61,904 nucleotides of DNA, filler included, from Thermodesulfobacteriota bacterium (GCA_036381125.1; 9 parts of 9 records of this genome joined end to end with filler, not necessarily neighbours in it), one strand, 5' to 3'; counted from the first letter of the whole stretch, positions 9,359-18,915 are shown. Numbers and translations are program-made. The notes: a model not told the origin generated them from the sequence alone.

Positions 9359-9480
9359 GGTCTCGGCTCCCTCGGCGTATCCCCTATGTAAGCCGCAGAT
9401 CACCGTTATGCAAGCCGAAATGTCGCTTCCGGACCATCCGCGCGGCGGCGGCCGCGCCGGTCGGTGCTAGACTCCGCGCC

Positions 9481-10674
9481 ATGCGCGCGGGGGGTACACC
9501 GAAGGCCGTCTGGGTCGCCGTGGGCGCACAGTTCGGCCTGGCCTTCTCGATGAACTACCTCACCGTCTTCCTCCCCTTCTACATCCGGTCGGTGAGCGCA
9601 CTCCCCGAGGCGCAGACGCTCCTCTGGACGGGGGTGATCCTGGCGGCCTCGCCGGCGACAGCCTCGCTCGCCTCGCCCATGTGGGGGAGCCTCACGTCGC
9701 GCATCTCGCCGAAGCTCCTCTTCCTGCGCGGCCTGCTGACGCACGCCGTCATCATCGCCGCGACGGCGTTCACGACGAGCCTGCCGCTCCTCCTCGGGCT
9801 GCGGGTGGTGCAGGGCGCGATGGGGGGGATCTCGACCATCGCGCTGATCATGATCGGCGCGGTGAGCCGCAAGGAGCAGCTCGCCGGCCACATCGGCCTC
9901 TTCAATTCGGCCATGACGACCGGCAGCATCCTCGCCCCGCCGATCGGCTCGGTGGTGGCCGCGTCGCTCGGCTTCGAGGCCGGCTTCCTCTCGGCGGCCG
10001 CCATCGTCACGCTCGCGCTCGTCTTCGGCCTGCGCTTCCTTCCGGCCATCCCGCCCGTACCGCCCAGGGCCGACGCCCCGCCGGTGTCGCGGCGGGCCCT
10101 CTTCGCCGCCTGGCTCGTGAGCGTGATGGCCATGGCCCAGCTCGTCTTCCTCGCGGCCATCCTCCCCGACGTGCTGGCCGGGTTCGGGATAGCCGGGCGG
10201 AAGGCCGTCGTCGCGGCCGGCCTCGTGGTGGCGGCCTACGGCGCCACCGCCGCGGTCGGCTCCGTCTCGCTGCGCTGGCTCCACGGCCTGCCGCACCGCC
10301 GGGCCGTGCTGCTCGCCGGCCTCGCCGCGACGATCCTGCAGGGGGCGCTCGCCCTCGCCACGAACCTCGCCGTCTTCGTGGCGCTGCGCGTCGTGCAGAC
10401 CTTCCTGGCCGGCCTCATCGTGCCGCTCATCATGGCGGACGTGGCCGCCACCGGGCGCGGAGGCGCCGTCGGCACGCTCAACACCGCGCGCTTCGTCGGG
10501 CTCGCCGTCGCGCCGCTGGCCGCCACGGCGCTCCTCGCCCGCACCGACCTGGCCACCGTCTACCTCGTCCTCGCGGCTGCCACCCTCGTGTCGCTCGTCG
10601 TGTTCGTGGTCTCGGGGCCCGATCAGGGGTTGCGCCGGGCCGAACGCGCGATCGCCGCCCAACGCTCAGTGTGA
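9481..10674 (+). CDS. MFS transporter (DHA1-like)
   Basis: About 12 hydrophobic segments; LASPMWGSLTSR, LRVVQGAMGG, GSILAPPIG. Confidence 0.85.
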   Translation: MRAGGTPKAVWVAVGAQFGLAFSMNYLTVFLPFYIRSVSALPEAQTLLWTGVILAASPATASLASPMWGSLTSRISPKLLFLRGLLTHAVIIAATAFTTSLPLLLGLRVVQGAMGGISTIALIMIGAVSRKEQLAGHIGLFNSAMTTGSILAPPIGSVVAASLGFEAGFLSAAAIVTLALVFGLRFLPAIPPVPPRADAPPVSRRALFAAWLVSVMAMAQLVFLAAILPDVLAGFGIAGRKAVVAAGLVVAAYGATAAVGSVSLRWLHGLPHRRAVLLAGLAATILQGALALATNLAVFVALRVVQTFLAGLIVPLIMADVAATGRGGAVGTLNTARFVGLAVAPLAATALLARTDLATVYLVLAAATLVSLVVFVVSGPDQGLRRAERAIAAQRSV

Positions 10675-10692
10675 GGGGAATCAAATGCTTCA

Positions 10693-10738
10693 CAAGACCT
10701 AGAAACGTCTTGAAGTAGCCAGGGCCCGACGGTACGCT
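10693..10738 (+). promoter_or_regulatory. Sigma70-type promoter TTGAAG-N17-TACGCT with a CAAGAC-N8-GTCTTG inverted repeat overlapping the -35
   Basis: Read directly upstream of the ORF at 10790. Confidence 0.45.
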
Positions 10739-10789
10739 GCTGTCGTTACCCGTAGGCCCGACTCGCTCGCGAAGGAGATCGCCGCGCTC

Positions 10790-11410
10790 ATGTCCAAGGC
10801 CGCAGCGTCCGACTCGTACGACCTCTTCGATCTCGCCGACCTGCCCGACGACAACCCGGACGACGACGACAGCCTCGACCTCGAGGCCTACCTGGACCTC
10901 GAGGAGAGCCCGGAGATCACCCGGCTCATGCAGGAGATGCGCGCCGGCGGGGCGAGGGCGCCCGCCGAGCCGGTCGCCGCCGCGCGGCCCGCACCGCCCG
11001 AGCCTCGACGGCTCGCCGCGACGCGCGGCGCGGCGAGCGACGCCCGGCCCGCACCCGAGGCGACGCCGGCCCCCGCGGTCGCGCCGGTCGACCGCGACCG
11101 CGCGTACCGCGAGGCGAGGCGTCCCGACCTCGCCGCGGTGGCCCGCGCCCTCGGCCAGGTGAGCGTGCAGGCACGGCAGCTCGTCGTCGCCTGCCCGCGG
11201 TGTGACGGCCGCGCCTCCATCGTCGTCTACGCCGACCGCTTCAAGTGCTTCGGCTGCAGCGCCACGGGCGACGAGCGCGCCCTCGCGGCGCACCTCACGG
11301 GATGGGACTCGCGCCGTGTCGCGGCGTGGCTCGAGGCTGCGGCGGTCCGACCGGAGGTCGACGACACCGAGGTCCGCCGTCCCTGGCGCCTCTCGTTCTT
11401 CGCGCGCTAG
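10790..11410 (+). CDS. Hypothetical protein: acidic N-terminus plus C-terminal primase-type (CHC2-like) zinc finger
   Basis: CPRCDGRASIVVYADRFKCFGCSATGD...AAHLTGWDSRRVAAWLE; RBS AAGGAG. Confidence 0.6.
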   Translation: MSKAAASDSYDLFDLADLPDDNPDDDDSLDLEAYLDLEESPEITRLMQEMRAGGARAPAEPVAAARPAPPEPRRLAATRGAASDARPAPEATPAPAVAPVDRDRAYREARRPDLAAVARALGQVSVQARQLVVACPRCDGRASIVVYADRFKCFGCSATGDERALAAHLTGWDSRRVAAWLEAAAVRPEVDDTEVRRPWRLSFFAR

Positions 11411-11831
11411 CAATTAGCGGGAATGCGGGCCGCGCCAGCGGCCCCGGGCCGTAGGCCCGAGCGCCGGCACGCCGGTGCGTGGGCGGCACGCGAGCGCGGG
11501 GGCCAATCCTCGCCCCGCGTCACGGCGGGACGCGAACGGTCACGCCGCCGACGGCTTGCAGCGTCTGCTCGTCCACGCGGGCCTCCCCGCCCGCCACGTC
11601 GACCTCGAGATCGGCGCGAGACACCTCGACGCGGTAGTCGTCGCCGGCGGACGGCGGATCCTGAGGTCGGCGTCGTCCGGGAGGCTCGTGCCTCCGCACG
11701 CGTCGAGGAACGGGTCGGCCGTGGCCGGGGCCTGGGGGGCGAGGGTCCGGGCGAGCGCGAGGACACAGGCGCAACGTCGCATCCCGGCCCGGCGCGCAAC
11801 GGTCGGGCCGGAGATCGGCTAGACTGACGCC

Positions 11832-12518
11832 GTGCACACGTTCGCCGCCGTGTCGGCCGTCGTCTTCGACTTCGACGGAACCCTCGCCCATCTCACCATA
11901 GACTTCGGCCGGATGCGGCGCGACGTGCTCGCGCTCCTGCCGGCGCACGGGCTCGAGCCGGCCGACTTCGAGCGCCTCTACGTGCTCGAGCTGATCGAGG
12001 CCGCCGGCCGTCGGCTCGGCGCGACCGGCGCCGACGCGGAGGCCTTCCGGGCCGCGGCTCGCGCCGCGATCGAGCGGGTCGAGATCGAGGCGGCGGCGGC
12101 CGGCGGCCTCCTGCCGGGTGCGGCGGCGGCCCTCGAGACCCTCGACCGGCGCGGCTTCCGGCTCGGCATCGTCACCCGCAACTGCGCCGCCGCGGTGTCG
12201 GCCGTGCTCGGCGGGCCGGCCGGAGGCCGCCTACCCCACCGCGTGCTCCTCACCCGGGACGACGTGCCGCGGGTGAAGCCCGATCCGGCCCATCTCGAGG
12301 CCGCGCTCGCCGCGCTCGGCGTCCCGGCCTCGGAGGCGGTCATGGTCGGCGACCATCCCATGGACGTGGAGGCGGGCCGCCGGGCCGGCATGCGCACGAT
12401 CGGCGTCCTCACCGGCAGGAGCCCGCGACGCGACGTCGAGGCCGCGCGTCCGGACCTGGTCGTCGACGACGTGACCCGCCTGCCGGCCGTCCTGCCGGGC
12501 AGAGCGGTACGCAACTGA
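11832..12518 (+). CDS. HAD-family hydrolase (phosphoglycolate phosphatase-like)
   Basis: VVFDFDGTL, GIVTRN, KPDP, MVGDHPMDVEAGRRAGM. Confidence 0.92.
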   Translation: MHTFAAVSAVVFDFDGTLAHLTIDFGRMRRDVLALLPAHGLEPADFERLYVLELIEAAGRRLGATGADAEAFRAAARAAIERVEIEAAAAGGLLPGAAAALETLDRRGFRLGIVTRNCAAAVSAVLGGPAGGRLPHRVLLTRDDVPRVKPDPAHLEAALAALGVPASEAVMVGDHPMDVEAGRRAGMRTIGVLTGRSPRRDVEAARPDLVVDDVTRLPAVLPGRAVRN

Positions 12519-12541
12519 TCGTTTCGGGAGGTCCTTCACGC

Positions 12542-13759
12542 ATGTCGATCACGGTCATCGAGGGGGGGAGCGTGACCTCGCCGCAGGGCTTCAGGGCGGC
12601 GGGGGTCGCGGCCGGCATCAAGAAGAACGGCGCGCCCGACCTCGCGCTCGTCGAGTCGATCGGCCCGGCGACCGCCGCCGCCGTCTTCACGACGAACCGC
12701 TTCCAGTCGGCGCACGTCTGGTTCGATCGCCAGCGGCTTGCGCGGACCCGCGAGGGTTACCGGGCCGTCGTGGTCAACGCCGGCAACGCCAACGCGGCCA
12801 CCGGCGCGCGGGGGCGGCGCGACGCCGCCGCCGTGGCGCGCCTCGCCGCGCACGCCCTCGCCGTCCCGGACCGCAGCGTCCTCGTCATGTCGACCGGCGT
12901 CATCGGCTTCCCGCTCCCCGTGCCGAAGATCGCCCGCGCCCTGCCGCGCGCGGCGGCGCTCCTCTCGGAGGGGGCGGGGCTCAACGCGGCCCGCGCCATG
13001 ATGACGACCGATACGTTCCCGAAGACGCGGGCGGTCCGCGTGGGCGGCCGCGCCGGCTTCACGGTGGGCGGCGTCTGCAAGGGGTCGGGGATGATCCACC
13101 CGAACATGGCCACCATGCTGGCCATCCTGTCGACCGACGCCGCCGTCTCGCCCCACGCGCTCGAGGCGGCGCTGCGCGAGGCGGCCGAGGTGTCCTTCAA
13201 CCGCGTGTCGGTCGACGGCGACCGCAGCCCCAACGACACCGCCATCGCGCTCGCCAACGGCATGGCGAGTGGAGTCGAGATCGCGCGGCCCCGCGGGGCG
13301 ACCTACGCGCGGTTCGTCGACGCGCTGACGACGCTGTCGGTCGCGCTCGCCCAGGACCTGGCGCGGGACGGGGAGGGGGCGACCAAGCTCATCCCGATCA
13401 CGGTTGCCGGCGCGCGATCGACCGACGAGGGGGTCACCGTCGCCCGGGCGATCGCCAACTCGCCCCTCGTCAAGTGCGCGTTCCACGGCGAGGAGTTCAA
13501 CCCCGGCCGGATCCTCTCGGCGGTCGGGCAGAGTGGGGCGCCGGTCGACATCGACCGGGTCGCGATCTGGATCGCCGACCTGCCGGTCATCCGGCGGGGG
13601 ACGCTGCTGCGCGTCCCCGAGCGCGCGGGGACCAGGGCGATGCGGGGCAAGACCGTGCCGATCCGGGTGGACCTCGGACGCGGGCGCGCCGAGGTGACCT
13701 TCTACACCTGCGACCTCTCCAAGGAGTACATCGAGATCAACGGGGCCTACCGGTCGTAG
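12542..13759 (+). CDS. argJ: Bifunctional ornithine acetyltransferase/N-acetylglutamate synthase
   Basis: NAGNANA, STGVIG, MMTTDT, KGSGMIHPNMATML, DGEGATK, TCDLSKEYIEING.YRS. Confidence 0.97.
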   Translation: MSITVIEGGSVTSPQGFRAAGVAAGIKKNGAPDLALVESIGPATAAAVFTTNRFQSAHVWFDRQRLARTREGYRAVVVNAGNANAATGARGRRDAAAVARLAAHALAVPDRSVLVMSTGVIGFPLPVPKIARALPRAAALLSEGAGLNAARAMMTTDTFPKTRAVRVGGRAGFTVGGVCKGSGMIHPNMATMLAILSTDAAVSPHALEAALREAAEVSFNRVSVDGDRSPNDTAIALANGMASGVEIARPRGATYARFVDALTTLSVALAQDLARDGEGATKLIPITVAGARSTDEGVTVARAIANSPLVKCAFHGEEFNPGRILSAVGQSGAPVDIDRVAIWIADLPVIRRGTLLRVPERAGTRAMRGKTVPIRVDLGRGRAEVTFYTCDLSKEYIEINGAYRS

Positions 13760-13761
13760 GA

Positions 13762-13944
13762 GTCAGGAGGGGGACTCCGCGCCGTCTCTCATCGACGCTC
13801 CGCCCCCCTCCTGACAAGTCGTCAGCAGGCGCAGCGACTCGCGCCGCGAGAGCGGCGCAACCTCCCCATTCTCTCGATCGCTCCGGGCGGAGTGAATCCG
13901 CCCTCCGCTCCAGAAGCACTCGGTCGGTCACCGGGTCGCCCGGT
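13762..13944. repeat. Multi-hairpin intergenic element between convergent genes (terminator, MITE or ncRNA candidate)
   Basis: Stems at 13762-13773/13804-13815 (12 bp), 13841-13858 (GAGA loop), 13885-13903 and 13930-13944. Confidence 0.45.
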
Positions 13945-13960
13945 CCCGAGAGGAGGCCGG

Positions 13961-15634
13961 CTAGGCGCCTCTCGGAATGGGGGGCGGCACGACCAGCCGC
14001 GGCTCCTCGGCCGCGCGCCGGCGCGCCTGGGCGGCGATGAGCGCCACGTGCTTCTGGATCAGGGCGATCACGAAGGGGTGGCGCGACGCCTTCGGTCCGA
14101 GCGGCGAGAGACCCCGCGCCGCGGCGAGGGCGCTCTTCGCATCCTCCTCGCGCCCCAACCGGTCGAGGTAGTCGGCCTGCGCCTCGAGGCGCCGGCGATA
14201 GCGGTCGCGCATGGCGGCGTCGAACACCCGGTCCGCGAAGGTGTCGAAGATCTGCTGGAACCGCTCCCGGCGCTGCTCCTCCCCCACGATGAGCGGACTC
14301 CTGGCCGCGTCGTCCAGCTCCTCGACGAGCGGCCGGATCGTCTCCTCGGGCAGCAGCCAGCTCGCGAACTCCGGGAGCCGGTGCAGCTCCACCGACCGCG
14401 CGAGGCGGGCCTCGATCTCCGCCGTGTCCATGCCGCCGTCGAGGCCGCGCCGGGCCAGGATGGGGGCCTCGGGCGGCTCCGCGGACGCGGCTGCGGACGC
14501 CCCCTCGCCGAGGAGGAGCGGGCGGGCGGTGCTGTACGCGGACGGCAGCGGCGCCAGGCGCGCCGCCTCGGCGCCGGCGGTCTCGGGCGCGAGCTGCCGT
14601 CTCGCCGCGTGCTCGACGAGGGCGAGCGCGTAGGCCGGCTCCACCGGCACGAGCGGGAAGCCCTCGGCCTGCTCGGCCTCCCGCGCGCGCTCGCGCAGCG
14701 TCCGCCGCGAGGTCTCCGATGCCTGGAAGTGGACGAGGCCCCGCTCGTCGTTGACGATGGCCTGGAAGAGATAGAGCGCGCCCCGCCGGTTGCCGGCCAG
14801 CCAGACGAGCCGGTCGCCGACGCCGTCGATCGCCGACGCCCACGCCTGGTCCGGCTCGATCTCGCGCACCGGGCGGAAGCGCGGCCCCTCGTCCTCGCGC
14901 CGCGGCGCCTCGGGCACCGCGATGCCCCGGGTCTTGAGGAGGAACAGGCCGCGCCGCAGCGCCTTCTCGACCGCGCCGCTCGGCCGCAGGTCGCCGAGCC
15001 AGGCGGCGAGGAAGAGGCCCACGGCCGGCTCGGCCCGCCTGACGAGCGCGTCGACGAGCGTGAGGTCGAGCGCCTCGTGGCGGCCCCGGAGCCGCTCGAG
15101 CGGCGGCAGCGGGCGGGGGAGCGCCTGGGGGAACCTGGCGAAGAAGGCCTCCACGGTGTCGGCGGCGAGCCGTCCCGGGAGGGCGGCCACGCGGTCCGTC
15201 CACTCCTCGCCCCCCTCGTCGGCCAGCTCGGCCGGCGATGCGGCCGCGAGGCGATTGGCTTCCTCCACCGGACCGGCGAGCGGCGCCGCGGCCTCGGGGT
15301 CGAGCGCGGCGGCGGCGGCGACGGCGGCCCGCTTCACCGACGGGTCGGCCGCGGCGTCGCGCACGAAGGCGACGAGCGGCGCGGCGAAGGCCGGCTCGCC
15401 GAGCCGCCCGACGCCCTCGATGAGCGCGAGGCGCGCCTCGCCGCGCTCCCGCTCGAGCCGGCGGGCGATCGCGTCGGCGATCAGCTCGCGGTGGCGCTTG
15501 AGGTCGACGGCGAGCCGCCCCTCGAACGGCGCCCGGGGGTCGTGGCGGCGCGCCTCGAGCGCGGCGTCGAGGAGTTCGGCCGCGCGCTCGCGCGCCGCCT
15601 TGCTGTCGCGTGACGGCGGCCTGACCTTGGCCAT
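13961..15634 (-). CDS. Hypothetical protein with a helical/HEAT-like N-terminus (557 aa)
   Basis: Long ORF with protein-like composition, co-oriented with the DUF2203 gene; function not recognised. Confidence 0.75.
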   Translation of the reverse strand: MAKVRPPSRDSKAARERAAELLDAALEARRHDPRAPFEGRLAVDLKRHRELIADAIARRLERERGEARLALIEGVGRLGEPAFAAPLVAFVRDAAADPSVKRAAVAAAAALDPEAAAPLAGPVEEANRLAAASPAELADEGGEEWTDRVAALPGRLAADTVEAFFARFPQALPRPLPPLERLRGRHEALDLTLVDALVRRAEPAVGLFLAAWLGDLRPSGAVEKALRRGLFLLKTRGIAVPEAPRREDEGPRFRPVREIEPDQAWASAIDGVGDRLVWLAGNRRGALYLFQAIVNDERGLVHFQASETSRRTLRERAREAEQAEGFPLVPVEPAYALALVEHAARRQLAPETAGAEAARLAPLPSAYSTARPLLLGEGASAAASAEPPEAPILARRGLDGGMDTAEIEARLARSVELHRLPEFASWLLPEETIRPLVEELDDAARSPLIVGEEQRRERFQQIFDTFADRVFDAAMRDRYRRRLEAQADYLDRLGREEDAKSALAAARGLSPLGPKASRHPFVIALIQKHVALIAAQARRRAAEEPRLVVPPPIPRGA

Positions 15635-15638
15635 GGCG

Positions 15639-16106
15639 CTAGTGGTACGTCGGCGAGCCGGCCTCGGCCGCCGCGTCCTCGTCGCGCTCCGTCGTGACGC
15701 CCGCCGGGTCGAGCGGCTTGCGGCCCGCGAACCCCTCCTCGAGGCCGTGCCAGTGGGCGACCGCCGGCTCGCCGCGGCGCCAGCAGAGGAACGCCTCGCG
15801 GCCGTGATGGAGCGTGGGGAAGTCGACGAGCCCGAGGTCGACGTCCTTCACGAGGCAGCCGAGCCGCGACACCTCGTGCAGCGAGACGTTGAACTCCTCG
15901 GCGATGAACTTGAGCTCCTCCTTGCCGCGGACGAGCCGCCCGGCCTGCCGCTCGTCGTACGGGGCCCCGCCCCCCTCGAGGAGCGCCGTCAGCTCCGCCT
16001 GCTTGGCAAGGATCTCGGCCTTCTTGTCGGCGAGCGCCGCGAGGAGCGGCTCGAGGACCGGGATGAGGCGGTTCGCCTCCTCGAGCGAGAAGAGTCGGAC
16101 ATGCAT
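15639..16106 (-). CDS. DUF2203-family protein
   Basis: RLFSLEEANRLIP...GCLVKDVDLGLVDFP...LCWRRGEP...WHGLEEGFAGRKPL. Confidence 0.92.
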   Translation of the reverse strand: MHVRLFSLEEANRLIPVLEPLLAALADKKAEILAKQAELTALLEGGGAPYDERQAGRLVRGKEELKFIAEEFNVSLHEVSRLGCLVKDVDLGLVDFPTLHHGREAFLCWRRGEPAVAHWHGLEEGFAGRKPLDPAGVTTERDEDAAAEAGSPTYH

Positions 16107-16172
16107 GCCGCCATTATGACGGCCCCGACGCGGCCGGTGTCAAGGCGCCGGGCCGGCGCTAGACTCCCCCGC

Positions 16173-17180
16173 ATGCGATCCCCCCTGACCGTGCTCCTCG
16201 GCGATCGGCTCGTCGCCGGTCAGGCTTCCCGTCTCGCCGCGGAGCTCGGCGACCCGTTCCGGGTCGTCGTGCCCGACGGGGAGGGGGCGTTCACGCCGGA
16301 CGGCCTCGTCCCGTTCGCCGCGCAGGCGGACGTGATCGTGGCGACCGGGCTCGCGTCCCCCACGATCGAGGCGGCGCGGCGCTGCCGCCTGGTCCAGTCG
16401 TGGATCGCCGGCGTGGATCGCTTCGACCTCGAGGCGATGGCCCGGGCCGGGCTGGTGCTGTCGGCCGCGCACGGCAACGCGGTGGCCGTCGCCGAGCACG
16501 CGCTCGGCCTCGTGCTCGCCCTCGGCCGCCACATCGTGCGCGGCGATCGGGCCCTGCGCCGCGGCGACTGGTCGGTCGGCTTTGCCGCCGGGGCCCCCCC
16601 GCACGCCGGCGTGAGCGGCCGCACGGTCACGGTCGTCGGGTACGGCAGCATCGGTCGGGCCTTCGGCCGCCTCGCGGCCGGCTTCGGCTTCCGGCTGATC
16701 GGCGTCCGGCGGCACCCGGAGCGCTCCGGAGCGGACGGGGGGCCCGTGACCATCGTCGGCCTCGACCGGCTCGACTGGGCGCTCGGCCAGGCGGACGTCG
16801 TCGTCCTCGCCCTGCCGAAGACGCGCGAGACGGTGGGGCTGATCGACGCCCGGCGGCTGGCCGCGATGCGACGCGACGCCTGGCTCGTGCAGGTGGGCCG
16901 CTCGGAGACGGTGGACGAGGCGGCGCTCTTCGAGGCCTGCCGGGACCGCCGCATCGCCGGCGCCGGCCTCGACGTCTGGTGGCGCTATCCACCCCCGCAC
17001 CCGAGGCTCCCCGCCCGATTCCCGTTCCACGAGCTGGACAACGTGGTCCTCACGCCGCACTCGTCCGGGTGGACCGTCGAAGGGCTCGAGGCCCAGATGG
17101 CGTTCGTGGTCGACAACCTGCGGCGCTTCGCCCGGGGCGAGCCGATCGAGGGGGTCGTGGACCTCGAGCTCGGGTACTAG
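16173..17180 (+). CDS. D-isomer-specific 2-hydroxyacid dehydrogenase
   Basis: GNAVAVAEH, VVGYGSIG, LPKTRETVGLID, GAGLDVWW, NVVLTPHSSG. Confidence 0.92.
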   Translation: MRSPLTVLLGDRLVAGQASRLAAELGDPFRVVVPDGEGAFTPDGLVPFAAQADVIVATGLASPTIEAARRCRLVQSWIAGVDRFDLEAMARAGLVLSAAHGNAVAVAEHALGLVLALGRHIVRGDRALRRGDWSVGFAAGAPPHAGVSGRTVTVVGYGSIGRAFGRLAAGFGFRLIGVRRHPERSGADGGPVTIVGLDRLDWALGQADVVVLALPKTRETVGLIDARRLAAMRRDAWLVQVGRSETVDEAALFEACRDRRIAGAGLDVWWRYPPPHPRLPARFPFHELDNVVLTPHSSGWTVEGLEAQMAFVVDNLRRFARGEPIEGVVDLELGY

Positions 17181-17310
17181 GCCGCGGTGGCGGACCGGCG
17201 GCGCGGCCGTCGACGTCCTCGTCGACAACCTCTTCGCCCGCTGGCGCGCAGGCGAGCCCTGGCGCAACCTCGGCGATCCGGCGCGCGGCTACTGAGCGCG
17301 CCCTTGGTTG

Positions 17311-17339
17311 TTGACACAGGTCACACCCGCGCCTAGCCT
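17311..17339 (+). promoter_or_regulatory. Sigma70-type promoter TTGACA-N17-TAGCCT for the first formamidase gene
   Basis: Consensus -35, correct spacing, about 110 nt upstream of the ATG. Confidence 0.6.
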
Positions 17340-17453
17340 CGTTCCTATCCCGTGAGCGGTGCGCCGCCGTGCAACAGGGCGGCGCTCGCGACGCGTGCCC
17401 CGTACACCGCCGCCCGTCCCTCCGACGCATCGCCACGAACGGAGGGTCCCCCT

Positions 17454-18716
17454 ATGGCGACAGTGCCTGAAACGCGGTTCGGCGAGGCGGTCGGCCGCGC
17501 CCGCGTGCGCAAGCCGGGGCCGATGGACTTCCGCACCTCGGGCGTCTCGCGCTTCGAGGACCGCGACCTCGGCGTCCCCAGGTTCCGGTGTGAGGTGGGC
17601 GTTCCGCTCGCGCAGCAGGCTCACCTCGGCCACAACCGGTGGCACCCGGACATCCCGCCCCTCATCGAGCTCTCGCCGGGCGAGGAGGTAATCCTCGAGA
17701 CGCCCGGCTACGACGACTACCAGCTCAAGGACAACGACGCGCGAACCGACATCGATTCGCTCGACCTGTCGCGCGTCCATCCTCTCGCCGGCCCGGTGGC
17801 GGTCAAGGGGGCGGAGCCGGGCGACCTCCTCGTCGTGGACCTCCTGGCCATCGAGCCGCTCTCCGGCATCGGCTACTCCTGCGTGCTCCCCGGCATGGGC
17901 GGCATCCTGCGCGAGCAGTTCCCGAAGGGCTTCAAGTCGGTCTGGGACTGCCGGGGCGTGTACGCGACCTCGCGGCACGTGCCCGGCGTGCGGATCCCTG
18001 CCATCCCGCACCCCGGGGTCATCGGCGTGGCGCCGTCCCACGAGATGCTGAAGCGATGGAACGAGCGGGAGGACCCGCTCGTGTCCCAGGAGAAGGCCGC
18101 GCCTCGCGTCGCGGAGACGGCCGTCCTGCGGATGCAGCGCGGGGCGGACAGCTCGCGGCGCAGCAGCATAGCGGCCGAGGCGGCCCGCACCGTCCCTCCG
18201 CGTGAGAACGGCGGCAACGTGGACATCAAGAACCTCTCGACCGGGTCGCGGCTCTACTTCCCCGTCTTCGTCGAGGGGGCGCTCCTCTCGCTCGGCGATC
18301 TCCACTTCGCCGAGGGAGATGGCGAGGTCACCTGGAACGCGATCGAGATGGACGGCGTCACCTGGCTGCGCACCAACCTCGTGAAGGGCGCTGCCAAGAA
18401 GTTCAACGTGAAGACCCCGATCTTCGAGCCCGGCCCGGTGGAGCCGCGCTTCTCCCGCTGGCTCACTTTCACCGGCATCAACGTGCACGACAACACGCAG
18501 GGTTACCTCGACTGCACCATGGCTGCGAAGGAGGCGCTGATGCAGGCGATCGACTACCTCGGGAAGTTCGGCTTCTCGGGGGAGCAGGCGTACACGATCC
18601 TGAGCGTCGCGCCCATGGAGATGCGGATCAGCTCCATGGTCGACATCCCGAATGCCTGCGTGACCGTCTCCCTCCCGCGCGACATCTTCGAGAAGGACAT
18701 CCTGCCCGCCGCATGA
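17454..18716 (+). CDS. Acetamidase/formamidase-family protein (divergent paralogue)
   Basis: HNRWHPDIP, VHPLAGP, ARTVPPRENGGNVDIKNL, GDLHFAEGDGE, AIEM, VDIPNAC. Confidence 0.93.
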   Translation: MATVPETRFGEAVGRARVRKPGPMDFRTSGVSRFEDRDLGVPRFRCEVGVPLAQQAHLGHNRWHPDIPPLIELSPGEEVILETPGYDDYQLKDNDARTDIDSLDLSRVHPLAGPVAVKGAEPGDLLVVDLLAIEPLSGIGYSCVLPGMGGILREQFPKGFKSVWDCRGVYATSRHVPGVRIPAIPHPGVIGVAPSHEMLKRWNEREDPLVSQEKAAPRVAETAVLRMQRGADSSRRSSIAAEAARTVPPRENGGNVDIKNLSTGSRLYFPVFVEGALLSLGDLHFAEGDGEVTWNAIEMDGVTWLRTNLVKGAAKKFNVKTPIFEPGPVEPRFSRWLTFTGINVHDNTQGYLDCTMAAKEALMQAIDYLGKFGFSGEQAYTILSVAPMEMRISSMVDIPNACVTVSLPRDIFEKDILPAA

Positions 18717-18886
18717 CCGGCGCGCAGCCGGCAGGCGTGCGGCGCCGCCGCTGCGTCGCGCGCCTGCCACGCTTCTCGCGTCTTCCCGCGCGCCATGCGG
18801 CCCGAGGCCTCGACCAGGCCGCCTGGCTCCCCCGCCGCGCGACCGCGCGTGGACGTGACCGCCTCGGGCGCAGGGTCGATCGTCAC

Positions 18887-18915
18887 TTGACCCCCCTTCC
18901 GGGCGGGTGTAGCGT
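18887..18915 (+). promoter_or_regulatory. Sigma70-type promoter TTGACC-N17-TAGCGT for amiS-fmdA-fmdB
   Basis: Correct spacing; followed by a structured leader of about 280 nt. Confidence 0.5.

Noticed and set aside
12542..13759. argJ separated from argBDFGH
   Set aside because: Split arg genes are common, and the genes lie on different contigs.
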